Position numbers and translations under genes: made by a program. Below the pieces are notes generated by a model that was not told where the DNA came from, searched no databases, and saw only the letters and a program-made list of their open reading frames with translations. DNA of 63,517 bases, the filler included, from Octopus bimaculoides (Eukaryota), in NCBI RefSeq assembly GCF_001194135.2. It is 6 parts of 5 records of this genome, joined end to end, with 100 filler letters (N's around TTAATTAATTAA, not from the genome) between each part and the next. Parts side by side here need not be neighbours in the genome. Positions count along the whole stretch, not along the records: positions 22,280 to 45,749 come from NC_068985.1; positions 45,850 to 54,686 come from NC_068985.1; 4 more parts are not named here. One strand, 5' to 3'. Shown here in pieces: positions 38,419 to 52,324 of the stretch (the first letter of the stretch is position 1; every line of letters starts with the position of its first letter).

Positions 38419-39595
38419 TCATTATCGCGGTTGACTTTGTCAGCAGTTACAGCAGGTTATCTTTGTATTCATATTCCTAGATCTAGCTCACACCATCACG
38501 AGCGAAATTATGAGTTACGAGCATTCTAATCAGAGTTATCGTGTTCATAGTCGACGTCATTACCCCCATTTTTATCGTGATTATTCGCTTCATTATCTTC
38601 AGTTCAGGCATTACACAAATTTCATTATATTTGCGTGCATAATCAAAGATAAAGTAAAATTATCAAGGACATTGCGTACAGAGAGAGCGGGATAAAACAT
38701 ATGAAACACATATACACGATCAGTGACATATTTATAGATATGACATAAATTGTTTATCGCATTTTCGCATCAAAAGTTAAATTTTATTCGGAAGATATAA
38801 ATAAAATTTAATCTCTCAATAAATTATTCATTAGAAAAGAAATACTAAAATTCGATTCAGATAATGGAAAATATTTGTTTCCTTTGCTGGCAAGAACATT
38901 TATATAAACCGTATGATTCCCAAGGTGCACACAATTAAAACACACATTTAATTCTAAAATAATATATACAATATCATTTTTTTCAATTTTCGAAATTAGC
39001 CGCTATATTTATCCAAACAGCATATTTTTTTCAATGTCAGCTCCAAGAAGTTATTCCTACTACTTAAATTTATCTATTTTCTTAATTACAATATTTATAG
39101 CATTCAGAATAAAATATTCGTGAAAAAATAGACAATGAATCATGTTTATCAATTCAGTTATAAATTAGAATTAAATTCTAATTTCCAGTGCATAAATGTA
39201 CCTTTCTTTGGTTTGATAAAGGTATTGGAAGTCGTTCAGAATGCGGTATCATCCCATGATTTTTTTTAGAACAAACAAGATACAATTTATTAAATAAAAT
39301 ATCATACTTCTCTTACAAGCCACATTCGAGAAACTGTCAGTTTACGTGGATGTAAATATACCAACACTGGTTATCAAGCTTTGAGGAGATAAACAGATGC
39401 ATAGAGGCACATACATGCCTGGGGCCTTGTATGTTTGTTGGAAACATGCTCCCTCCTCAGTGGAAGGTTTATATTGATTAAAATATACAAGTGACATATA
39501 TACACACATGCATGCATATATACATACGTAAATACATATATGCACACATGCATGCATATACACATACATACATACATATATACATATATACATAC

Positions 39596-39630
<35 letters not shown>

Positions 39631-42211
39631 NNNNNNNNNNNNNNNNNNNNNNNNNNNNNNNNNNNNNNNNNNNNNNNNNNNNNNNNNNNNNNNNNNNNNN
39701 NNNNNNNNNNNNNNNNNNNNNNNNNNNNNNNNNNNNNNNNNNNNNNNNNNNNNNNNNNNNNNNNNNNNNNNNNNNNNNNNNNNNNNNNNNNNNNNNNNNN
39801 NNNNNNNNNNNNNNNNNNNNNNNNNNNNNNNNNNNNNNNNNNNNNNNNNNNNNNNNNNNNNNNNNNNNNNNNNNNNNNNNNNNNNNNNNNNNNNNNNNNN
39901 NNNNNNNNNNNNNNNNNNNNNNNNNNNNNNNNNNNNNNNNNNNNNNNNNNNNNNNNNNNNNNNNNNNNNNNNNNNNNNNNNNNNNNNNNNNNNNNNNNNN
40001 NNNNNNNGAAATATACGAAAGTTTATATATATAATTCATCTAAGTACATTTGAATGAATACTAGACTCACTTCAAATATCATTTACGTCTAATCCTAGTC
40101 TATGTTAGGGTAAATAATATTATATTATGTTATATATATATATATATATAAATTTAAGGAATGGAGAAAACGCATGTTATAATTGCATACTTTATTCCTA
40201 CATACTTTATACACATAATTTTATATATATATATACAGACATTTGTAAGAGATTACACATTCATTTACTGATAGGCATGTATGTCTCGTTATATGTGCTG
40301 CTATATACGTATGTGTTATCAATTTGTAATTCCCTAATTGTGAACAAGGGGGAACAGTTCCTATAAATCTGTATTCGTGAATGGTCTAAAACTAAGAGCA
40401 TGAATCTAACTATTTTCGATTGTAAAAGTCATACTGTGCGGAGAAAAATACAATCTAAGGAAAGATATTTAGAATATTAATCTGACTATTGGGACATTTA
40501 TCAGTACAGTTGTGCAATCACTATTATCACTGACGTACACGAAATATTAATTACCTTAATCTAGAATAGGATTACACGTAAATCATATTTGAAGTGAGTC
40601 TCTGGTATCGTTTAAATGGACTTAGATGATTTATATGTATAGACGTTCGTATATTTCCCGCTGTCACATATACATATAACCTCGTAGATACATATCTATA
40701 TTTATTTATATATTCAAACTGCATTTAGATGCTTGCTTGATTCTTTTCCGTGAGTCTACGGAAATCAACTTATATTCCAATAGCTGTTGAACAGTTGAGA
40801 CAAAATTTTATATAAATGTCATGATGTATAATATGTTAAACTGTACATCATCGTGTCTGTTATAGTTTCGACAAACTTTCTCACCTATACTTATTCCTCT
40901 GAAACCAAGTGAAAAGGTAAATGAACTGTTTACATTTGCGTTTCGTCTTATTCGTATATCATATTATTTATGTGCGGAAAATTTCGAAAACCAAAAGATC
41001 TGCTATAGAAAAAAATTTTAAATGCGCTAAAAAACAGTTTTATTTTAGTGTAATATCAAACACCTATTTGGTTTACATAGATATAACACAATCAATATAA
41101 GCCAATGTTAAGAGAGTGAAATCTTTGAAGGTATCTTCATAGTTGATTCTTTTCTTTTTTTGGTGATATCACTTTTTTATTCATCCATCACTTATGTAGA
41201 GCATTCAGAATCTGAACTTATTTTTTCATTGAAGAATGACTTAATAATACATATTCAGTGATTTAAGAATTATTTTTTTTAAAGAAAATGTTCGTTTGTT
41301 ATGAATTAAATGCTTTATTGTCACGTTAAGCCAGTTGGAAATTGAAAAACAAAATTGCATGATATATTCTTTTTAAATGCAACTGATAATACTGCAGATC
41401 GCGAATTTATATTTTAGCCAGCACATACAGACACTATACACGCAAAAAGATTTTTGGTGTTCGTACAGACGCTAGCTGTATAAATTAGAATAACTATCAC
41501 CGTAGCGTTTCAAATGAATGAATGTTCTAATAAAATCAATAAGATTAGAGCAGGAATTAATCGAAAATATTTGTTGTGTTAAAACGCATGTATGTTTGTG
41601 AAATATAAATTTTGTCAAAAACTTTCTGATAGGAAAATAATTTAGTCATGCTTCTTAGAACATCAAATCACTCAACGATGTCTTATATAATTTTGCGGAA
41701 TTTAATCGCAAATTTTTTATCTCTCTAATATAACCTCTGTAATTGGTTTACGAAGACTAACGATGGTGTATGCATTGGAGCATTTCGGAAAATGGTTAAG
41801 TAAATTAAATTTAAAATATCACACGTAATATTTGAAAAATATGCTTTCTTTTTCTTTCTGTATAAGATGTCTTAAAGTACGAATATATGAGATCGCATAT
41901 ATTACAATTTTAAATGTTGAATAATTTATTCAGACTATAATTGAGCGCCAGCCTATGAATAATCACATGCAAGTATGCTAAATGTTATGCCACTTATAAT
42001 TACAATGCAAGAATTAACAACTGCATAGTTTATATTATCCACGGTGGCTATGTAAATCATATATAAAATTTACATCAACGTACCAATCTAGAAATAACAT
42101 GATTTCAAACAGATAGAATGATCTTCAATATATGTACTGCGTATCAGTTTAAAAGTTAACACAATGAAATATACATACATACGAATATATATGGAACTAC
42201 AAATTCTAAGA

Positions 42212-42420
42212 TTGGTTGCAAAGTTTGGCACAAAGCCGGTAGGTTTTGGAGAGGGGCTAACTCGAATAAATCGACTTCAGTGTTCAAATGCTATATATTT
42301 TACCGACCCCGAAATGGATGAATGGCAACGTAGAACCAGTCGGCATTTGATCTCAAAAGGTAAAGATGGGCACAATTCTGCTAAGCAATTCGCCCGGCGT
42401 GCTAACGATTCTGCCGCCTT
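42212..42420 (-). mobile_element. SINE family N, old copy (first of a tandem pair)
   Basis: accgaccccgaaatggatgaatggc..ttcgcccggcgtgctaacgattctgcc. Confidence 0.8.
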
Positions 42421-42429
42421 GTGTGCATA

Positions 42430-42640
42430 AAATATTGGTTTCAAATTTTGGCACAAGGCCAGCAATTTCGAGGTAGGATTAAATCGATTACATTGATCCC
42501 AGTACTAGTCTGGAACATACTTCTATCGACCCCGAAGTATGAAAGGCAAAGTCATCTCGGCGGAATTTGAACTCACAACTTTCAGACAGCCGAAATGCAG
42601 GTAAGCATTTTCCCGGCATGCTAATGATTCTGACAGCTCA
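42430..42640 (-). mobile_element. SINE family N, old copy (second of a tandem pair)
   Basis: atcgaccccgaagtatgaaaggcaaagtcatctcggcggaatttgaactc..cccggcatgctaatgattctgacagct. Confidence 0.82.
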
Positions 42641-45398
42641 TATCGTGCATTTTTTTGGTAGCAAATATTATTCAGCCTGAAATTGTTTTATGTATAGGTT
42701 ACACGTGTTCACATTTCACACAAGTGCCTATACCAATATTTGAATCCCTGTGTCCTGCATCTATGGTTACAAGGGAAGAATATGAGCCCAAACCCCAGTA
42801 GCGTGTCACGCTTCTCTTAAATACATTGATAGAGAGGTAGGCACACGGACGTACAAACAAATGTGTATTGAGTTCTATTCATGTCTTATACAACAATTGT
42901 TTAAAAATCAAATGATCTGTATTTGATACGTCGCTGCGCTTTGCCGACATTATAAACATGTAAATTACCAGCTGGTATCATCAATGTTGTTTGAAATATA
43001 TTACGTATAAGTTTGTAACGGCAAATAATGGGGAAAACGAACGCAGTCAAAGATTTGAACCACCCAAAGCATGAATTCATTTCTGTAATCCACATGTTTC
43101 AATTATAAATGTGAAGAAAAAATATTTAAGTAAGCAACCATTAACACCGTAAGATCGAGAAAGTGACTTGGTATTCGCTTACAGTCTTATAGAAAATGAG
43201 AACCACCGCCTTGAAATTTCATAGATATAAAGTACCTCTCTTCGGATGACGTACAAGATATCTCAAAGAATAATGCTACTCAATATATAAACTTGTGTGA
43301 TTGTGACACGTGTGCGCAATTATTAAAGCTCAAATTTCCTGTCACAACTGGTTTTTGTAAGCTACGAACCCATAAAGACTTCAACCTTTATGGGTTCAAA
43401 AATAAAACCCGTACTGGAAGGAAAGTATAATAATTTGCTTAAGGCCGAGCTTCCAAATATCATATCTTGTATTCATAGAATAGGTTTACATCTTGCTTCT
43501 TTGTTCACGAAAGAGTCAACGAAATGTCAAATGCTAACCGTTCAGTTTGAACAAAAAAGAAGCAGAATACCTGGAGAAGTCCATGGATAGAACAATTAAA
43601 ACATAAAAAAAAACAATTGTGTCGCTTACACAGATTGTCCATAAACCGAGAACAGAATTGACTGTTCTAAACATGTTATATATATTCTGAATGGAGCTAC
43701 ACTAGCAAGAGGTGATTCCAAGCAAATTTTCCTTCATCGATTATAGTTTGAAGAAATACAGCCTATTAGAAATTCAGAAAGCCTGTCTATTAGATATTCA
43801 TACAATAGCATTATTTGTTGGAATGCAAAAACTACCAATGTTGACGGATGACATTTTGAAAATAAACTTAAAATGTCTAAGATTGGAAGTGCCCTACAGT
43901 TTCAAGAATCCATCAACTATATATTTCTTCATCCGAATACTAGAAACATCAGAAATCATTTAACAATACAAGCATTTAACTGTTTGTTATCCATTATTGT
44001 TTTACATGATTTGATGAGATCGGTTGTCTCTCAGTGCTACTGTATGTATGATATCCACTGATTTCCCAAACATCGAACTCTACAAGTCTTGTGTAAGTAT
44101 GTGGCGGACTTTTTATACATGACCCAAAGGGAACTTTTCTTGTACACAAATGCGTATGTATTTATGTATTTATGTANNNNNNNNNNATGTATGTATGTAT
44201 GTATGTATGTATGTATAGAGAAAGGACCATCTTCCTTCCAACTGATGTGAACGTCGAAGGCAGCCCATGTATTAAGAAATTTCTCTTATTTCATAAAATC
44301 AATGGGAGAATACTACTGAAAATAACAGCTGGAATCGAATGCCTACTCCTAAAAAGTAAGTGTCAAAACAAATTGTGAATTTGATAATAAAAAAAAATAA
44401 AGTTATAATTCACTATAAGATATATTCACAACTTGTGCAATCACATATTCCGGCTGTGAAAACTATGAACATTCTCTCTATTCTCTCGATTCCTAAACTA
44501 CTGAATATGCCATTCTTATTAGGGTGTTGTTGTACATACAAATATTGATTCTTAACTCCGTTGAATGAGATCCTAGAGACGTAATTTGCTAACAACTGAT
44601 CGGATCCGAGACACACTGTTGAATCTGAAACATTGTAATTTTTTTGAATAATAGTCATTTTTACACAATCGTTATAGAATTTCTGTATTTACATAAAACT
44701 TTGCAGTACAGCAAAAGAGTTTATATTATAATTCAAGTTATATATTTAGAAATACAACTTTTTCCCCTTTCGAGAAATGTCAAATTCTGTTCTTTTAGCG
44801 TAAATTGAGACATTCCATGTTAAGAACGTCTATAAACCTGTATAATGTCTACTCAGACTTTGGCTGAAAGTCGATTATTTAAAATGTGACTTGCACTTTT
44901 TTTTCTTTTTAATTTGGGTAAGTGTCTAATATCAAGACATAAATATTTTGGACATAAAACCAGCAGACTGGAACGCAAACACAAAATGAAATTAGTATCG
45001 CATCATTGGAAACAAAAGATGACGAATAACTCGGCAGTCTTAACTAAAAAGAGATTCAGAACATTGAAGACGTTCAAATATGAATAACTCGTATCGTAAG
45101 TAACATAATGCCCAAAAGCAATCATGTTAATTATTCATACAAAAAATATATAGCAGGATGTTTGAGGAGACAAACCACAACACTCACATCGGTTCCAGTT
45201 TATTCAGGCAAATACACACGTATACATTACGCACGAACACACACATTTATACAACACTTACATACGCTCAGATATGTTTATGTAGAAATATATATTTCAA
45301 TGTGATTGGCGTACATTTACAAACATTTGCGTCTTTCTTTGTCGACGTAAAAATATGACTGCATAACAAATTATTTTATATGATTTCGAAACACTTCT

Positions 45399-45460
45399 AA
45401 GGCGGTGAGCTGTCAGAAACGTTAGCACGCCGGGTGAAATACTTAGCGGTATTTCGTCTG
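45399..45460 (+). mobile_element. SINE family N head, interrupted
   Basis: aaggcggtgagctgtcagaaacgttagcacgccgggtgaaatacttagcggtatttcgtctg, after which homology stops abruptly. Confidence 0.88.
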
Positions 45461-45749
45461 TGTGACACCGGTTGAGGTGCTTAGCGGTGTAGCGACTCCG
45501 TGAGATTGGATTGTTACTAGTTATTTGAGTGCGTCTGTACAGTAAGTGCAAGTTTCCATTAACTGTTTTTGTGTGTTCTTGTCATAACTATTGTGTGTTC
45601 TTGTCATAACTATTGTGTGATAGTCTTCGTTTGAAAACTATCGTGTGTTTCCCCTATGGGGGAAACAGTAATTGCTGGCAAGATGCCGAATAATGTATCT
45701 TCGTCTGGCGAAGAGGAGTCAACCGGAGGAAAAAATATAGAAAATTTAT
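45461..45749 (+). mobile_element. Probable 5' LTR and primer-binding site of a Gypsy-type retrotransposon, cut by a contig break
   Basis: Starts TGTGAC exactly where SINE homology ends; TGGCGAAGAGGA at 45706-45717 matches 11/12 the TGGCGACGAGGA PBS complementary to the tRNA-Ser(GCT) 3' end; internal 22-bp tandem duplication. The terminal CA of the LTR is not intact. Confidence 0.5.
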
Positions 45750-46124
45750 NNNNNNNNNNNNNNNNNNNNNNNNNNNNNNNNNNNNNNNNNNNNTTAATTA
45801 ATTAANNNNNNNNNNNNNNNNNNNNNNNNNNNNNNNNNNNNNNNNNNNNTTATATCTGTTCCTGAATGATGTGTAAAGAAATTTTGATTTAAGCATCTTA
45901 ATGAATTCTTTATACTGAAATATATATTGAAGAAGATAAATATGTTCTTTTGAATTTATACGTTTTTGCGTCGTAACTCCTTTATTATTATTAATATAAC
46001 CAAAAGGATCGATTCTTGAAGAGTCTGCATATCTTCACTGTCGTTTTTTTCTGCTATTTAGGTGATGATTTTTTAAGTTAGCTTACCAATTAATTTTGTT
46101 GGTAGTTAATTTATAATATATTGT

Positions 46125-46157
<33 letters not shown>

Positions 46158-49086
46158 GTATACATACATACATATCACCCAAAAATTCGGCGGTGATTTC
46201 AAAATTTGTGGCAGATACTTTTACTTCTGAACAACAGTTACTGGCATTCAGACCGTTTTTAGCGTAGCTTTTTGTTTTGAAAAATGTCGCTTACGAAACA
46301 ACGCTATAGCAGAATAGCCTTAGCGAACGTGCCATCCAGTGGGATGGAATGGAAAACAACAAAGCTGCGACGCAAAGTTGGTATCAAGTCAACAATTCCT
46401 GCGCATTTAATATTAACGATGATGGTGTCTGGAATCAGCGCCAGTCCACAAAGTTTAGGAGACAACTTTGATAATTAAATTGATTCTATATCAGGATTTG
46501 ACTTAATTAGCAAGATTACAACATATCGTTAGTAGATATTTTATTGAACATAAATACGAATTAGTCCCTGTAAACTTCGGAAAATTGTGATGCACCAATG
46601 GATGTGAATCTACCGAACTCCATCTAACAGACAACCATACTGGTAGAATCAGTTTCCCTCTCTTAGCTTGCAATTTCGAACTTTGCCCTCGTCTGATTCT
46701 CGCACATCTTCTAAGGTGATCGTTACTCGGTCTAATCACATCACTGTTGTGCAGTTTTCTTGATCATATTTCATTTACTTACTATTCCTCCCGATCTCCC
46801 TCACATATTCATGCACTTCTTCTGCCTTCTCCTTCTACTTCTCTCTTCATCCGATTGCCAAAAACTGCCAAGCCGTTCTTCTCAAAGTGCTTAGGAGACA
46901 TTTGATATTTTACAAAAATTCTCATTCAATGTTGCTTCTGGAACTGCTTCTACGTGACTCTTTGATAAAAAAAAAAAAAACAGCTCTCACATCTTTCACA
47001 AATCGTACTCTGCTGACTTCAAACAACAAGAGCTCGTTGAACAATGAAATCCATTATATATACTCTACATGTGAATAAAAATGCAGTGCGAGTAGGTTTG
47101 AAGCACATTTTGTTATAGATCTGCTGAATTAGTTCTGATCTGGAACAAAACAACTAGAATTTCCTGTTTGGCTATGTATTCCCGTGAATTAGTAAATTCT
47201 TAAAAATTATGCCAAACAGCAGCCATATAAAAGATCTAATCTCCAACGTGTCAGCGAAGGAAGTTATACTTGTCGTCTGAATTTCTAGGAACGGCAACAA
47301 AATCTTTAAATCACGCTTTATAATCGTGTAATAGTAAAGATGAAATGTAATGGGCACACCGCAAGACGTTCACAGATTAAGATAAGATGTAGATGCAGGA
47401 AGCAACGCCGCACTAAACTGCAAAATCCAGAATTGCACAAATGATGCCTGTAGCTGTGCAGTGACACTTTAGGAAGGTCAGTTTCGAATGGCGACATTTT
47501 AGTCCATCCTTTACTCGTGTGTTGTTTTGAGTAATGAAAGTCGAGCACTCTACAGTTAAAAGCCACTAAATTATCTTTTCTTTCATTCTGCCTTGGCATT
47601 TTTCATTGGATATAGGCAACTATCACCCCTCTAGCATTTTATTATACAATTATTTTGCCATGTGTTTTCCACGATCTCTATTTATCGCAGCTAAATCCTT
47701 CCAAAACATAAACTCTATAGGATTTTCACCAATAAATATCTATACATTTGACAGGCATTTTGCACGATAACGGATTCTATCCGTCTGTACACATATACCT
47801 TCACGACATAATCGTGCTATTTTAGCATGTAAATGTACAAAGATATTTTCTTAAATGTATTTAGGCACATTTTCATACCATATTAGGGCATTATAATACA
47901 CAAATAAGAAATATAAGGAAAATAAGAAATGCTTTTACGTATTCCATATCCACAGCATAACCTTTCTATCACCTCTCAGTTGACTTGTCGTTGTACATTT
48001 ATTTATACAAGCACATTCATGTTAACTACTGGAAATAAATATCAAGTATTGTCCTTGTTTGAATTCTATATTTACCTTGTGTTTCAGACCCCGAATTGGA
48101 ATTATTACTGATTTACAAAACTAGCAAAAACCGTCGACATCTCTTTTCTTTCTTGGCAAACCAGAAGATAAAGGAAAATATATACAACTAATTTTCTTCT
48201 TATTTATAAACAAATCCTTAGAATTTCCTACAACGCTATCTCTCGACAGGGGGAGAAAAGAAGACATATTATGTACATAAGACAGAAATAAATGCATAGC
48301 CTTCTTTTTTTAATGAAAACAGCCAATGTCCACACAGATACAAAATGTCAGTTGTAAACCCTACATTTCAAGGGCATTTACATTCTCTTGCACAGATAAA
48401 TTATTCGTTAAAGAAATCCACTGAATACAATAAAAACCAAATCGACAGCGGAAGTTCTACGAAAGAGAAGAGAGAGTCAAACAATACCGTTATGGATATA
48501 GCATCTCAAATACAAAAGTCATTACATATAGAATACAGTTTATGAATTACATAAACTCCAGAAGTGAGGAATACAAGATAGGACACAACGAAGAGTTATT
48601 AAAACATTGGGTTGACCTCCTGGCTTAACATATTTGTTCAAAGTATGTGCTGTGAGTTTAAATTGCACCGAGAACAAATTAGGGTTTCAGGTTTCTGAGT
48701 TTGATTAAAAAAAGTATCATATGAGCACAAGACTTGATGCCCTGGGGTAAACTGTTCTGGCTCTTTGCGTTTGGAGTTTTAAAAATCTTTTTATGATTTA
48801 TTTGGGAGTTAGACCGAACTCATTCCTCAGTTTAACATTACTTCCTAGTAACTTGTATGACCACAATGGGATCAGATGAGTTGCAGACATTCGAGGTTAA
48901 CTCTTCGGTTTAAGAATACATACCACCTTTCATTCCGACCGCTGGTTTTGGAAGCCTCTCTAAAGGCTCATGGACACTAACTTTCCCTTTTCAAACAAAA
49001 CAATAGCAGAACCAACATCCGCATTCCATTACATTAAACAGAAGCTAATATTAATAATACACGGCAAAGACATTGAAGATTCCCCC

Positions 49087-49163
49087 TTTTTATTCAACTG
49101 GTACTTGTTTAATCGACCCCGAAAGGATGAAAGGCAAAGTCGACATCGGCGGAATTTGCACTC
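49087..49163 (-). mobile_element. SINE family N core fragment
   Basis: caactggtacttgtttaatcgaccccgaaaggatgaaaggcaaagtcgacatcggcggaattt. Confidence 0.85.
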
Positions 49164-49507
49164 TCAAACAATTAATTGACGTAAGAAGACCTTGTGACAC
49201 TTTATTGTTTCGGACTGATTCTTTCTTTTCAGCCAAAATATTTTAAATATGTTACATTCAACTCTCGTTTTAGTCAATTCTATATATTCCTCAACTTCGT
49301 ATGGGTGTGTGTATGTATTCACTCGTGTATATATTCATATATGTATGCATGGATACACAAATGCGTGGAGAGTGGATTTGGTAGACGGAAACTGAAATTA
49401 TTAGATAGGAGNNNNNNNNNNNNNNNNNNNNNNNNNNNNNNNNNNNNNNNNNNNNNNNNNNNNNNNNNNNNNNNNNNNNNNNNNNNNNNNNNNNNNNNNN
49501 NNNNNNN

Positions 49508-49569
<62 letters not shown>

Positions 49570-50043
49570 TGTGTGTGTGTCTGTATGTGCGTGCATGTGT
49601 GTGTGAACAAAGTGGTGGTCTGGCAGAATACTTAATTCATCGGAAATAACGTTTAATAGTATTGCTTCCACCTTTTCACATTTCTGAGTTCAAATACCAC
49701 CGAATTCAATTTTGTCTTCGGGTTCCACAAAAATAAAGTACCAGTCTAATACTAGGGTCGAAAGTGCTGAGGATCAGTTTCCTTGAGATTAAAATTAGAA
49801 GGCATGCTTGTGTGTAAGTGTATGTATGTGTGCGCGTGTGTGTAAAGTGTGAGATTATGCTATATGAATAGATGTGACATTGTGAGTAGTTGTTTGAAAT
49901 GTTGTTTGTAGGAGACAATTCGCATACATCCGATTATATATATATAATGAGAAATTTACAAAAAAAAAAAGAAACAAAAGAGGAAGACGGGTGTGTAAAC
50001 AACGAACAGATGTATTAGTTTAACGCTCGGGAAGTGAGAAAGT

Positions 50044-50079
50044 CTTTTACGTTTCGAGCCTACGCTCTTCGATAGGAAG
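50044..50079 (-). ncRNA. Degenerate minimal type I hammerhead ribozyme (Penelope-like element terminal type)
   Basis: Minus strand: CUUC-CUAUCGA-A-GAGC(GUAG)GCUC-GAAA-CGUA/AAAG. Stem II is perfect, stem III is the palindrome ACGU, the core has two substitutions and stem I pairs 3/4. Confidence 0.55.
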
Positions 50080-52324
50080 GGACACGAGGAAACAAACAGG
50101 GGGAGAAAATAAAAAAGGTTTAGTGGCTAGCGATCTATCTGTCTATATGTCCATGTGAGTGAGTGAGTTCGTGTGTGATGGAACTGTGCAGGAGAGACAG
50201 AGCGTATGTAAAAGAAAGTGTAGTAATATGAGAGAACATATATGAGTGTAGTTTAAGAATATCTGTTGAGGTTTCCATGTCTGAATCAGTTGATATAGAG
50301 CAGAGCACATGACCTGTTCAAGAACGACTGGAACTGAGAGGAAGATGTTGCGATGTTATCTTCACATCAAATATGAACACAATATCATGCGAGAAAATGA
50401 ACACCCCACATTCTACGTCTGCACTTATGATGAATGTCACAACATCACAGTATCATCGACCAAATCATCAGATGTTCTTATAAACTGCTGGTCACAATGC
50501 ACTTCCAATTCTGTCTTGAGTCTTGATTGCGCACTTCATTTAAGTCTTCACCTAATTTGCTTCACTAAATCGTTGTGGAGGCCTTCCTTTGCAGATCTAG
50601 AACATCGAGCTTGAAATCCATGTCTCCATTGATATGTTCCAATAAATTACATTCAATGTTTCATCTCAAAAGCTAAAACAATAATGAATGTGTCATGGAT
50701 TTAAAGCCCTATGATCTAAATTTGTTGATTAAGTATTGACCTGGTACTCAAATAACAACTAAAACAATCAACAACAGCAGCACCAGCAGCAATAACAACA
50801 CTGTGACCGGTCTTAGCAAACATCTACAACGATTATGGCAAATGCTCATTCCTCATGGCTACATTAAATTCCTCCCACCCAACCACCCACCCACTAGAAC
50901 TTACTGCTTAAAAAAAATACTTAAAAATGCTACTTCCCATTTGGTTGTTAAAATACTGGTAACGCATCAACTTGACGCGGCGCAATATAAATCTAATTCA
51001 CAATTCTCCTATAGAATAAAATGGTCTTTGCGTACTGGCATTTGATTAAAGGTGAGATTTATCTCTAGTCTGGCTAATTTCCAGATCCAGATGTAAGACA
51101 GGGAATTAGATTCAGCAGATTTAAATTGGCAATTAAATGTGATAACATTCAATAAACACGCTGCAAAATGTAATACAAAAATATGTGAATTAGTTGGAGT
51201 GTTCGACTGAAAAAGATGTAAAAATGTATATTAACTTTCTATAGCAAACGTATAATCTGTGTTCTCTCACTTAACACAAATGTCTTATATTTGACACATT
51301 CATATTCGATGTTATTTTGCTTTCTAATTTTCTTTATAGTTTTCATTTTATTATTTTACTTATTTTTTACATTCAGATTTCTTATGCCAACATTTTTTCT
51401 TTTTTATTTTTTTATGATTACATATTTTATGCATATCTTTCTTTTAATTTCTAAATATAGCCGCTTTCCATTCATTTCTGACATGGTAATATTTATTCAG
51501 GAGTTCTGTAGAGCAATAAATAATACCTTTGAGGAAACCGAATTCTCCCCATTATTTATATGAAGGAGAGAAAAAAGAAAGAGAAGCGATTGAATTGGTA
51601 AAGGCAGGCAGTGATTTGGCATGTTCTTAAGTCAGTGTTCTCAACTTATTTGATATATATGCCTGTGACAGATTATATAAATCATTATTGCAAGGAATTC
51701 TTCTTATGCGGCATTGACAAAGTAGTAAATTCTTAAGAAAAATAATTCAAAACCATAAGTCATTTGAAATGAGAGAAAATAGATGTGAATTTATTTTACA
51801 GAAATACAGACCACTTGACCATATGTTAAATAAACATAGAGGAGAAACTTCTAAATCTGGTTGGTTGCTGTTGGCTCTTGGCGACTGCAAGAACTATGAA
51901 CACTGGTAAAATAAAAATATTTGAAACGAAATAATTAACTATAAATACAGAAATAGCATGTAGTTACAGGGAATCTACATATCTATGCATACACGTACGC
52001 ACTATAAGTGTAGGCATAGCCGTGTGCATAAAATGTTCACTATCTAACCATGTAGCTCCAGGTTCATTTCCAGTGTGTAGCCTCTTGGGTGAGCCCTTTT
52101 TTATAGCAAACGAGTTTGTGCATTGTAAATACATGTCGGTGCGTGTGTGCGAGTATATTTATGAATGTGTGCGAATGCTGATCTTCCACGTTTGTCATTG
52201 CATACATAATGGAATAGGCTGAAAATACTTCAGGGAATAAAGATCATTTGAAAGAATACAAAGAGACAGTGTATTACATTAATTATACTTTCCATCGTAG
52301 ATATGTGTATACAGAATATCTCAC

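Noticed and set aside
47380-47450. CXC-like Cys pattern (CRCRKQ..NCKIQNCTN)
   Set aside because: Requires a frameshift, is very short and has no supporting domain nearby.
50330-50620. Possible RTE 3' end on the minus strand (GRPPQRF..QNWKCIV)
   Set aside because: Only two short motifs, needing frameshifts; not enough to call.
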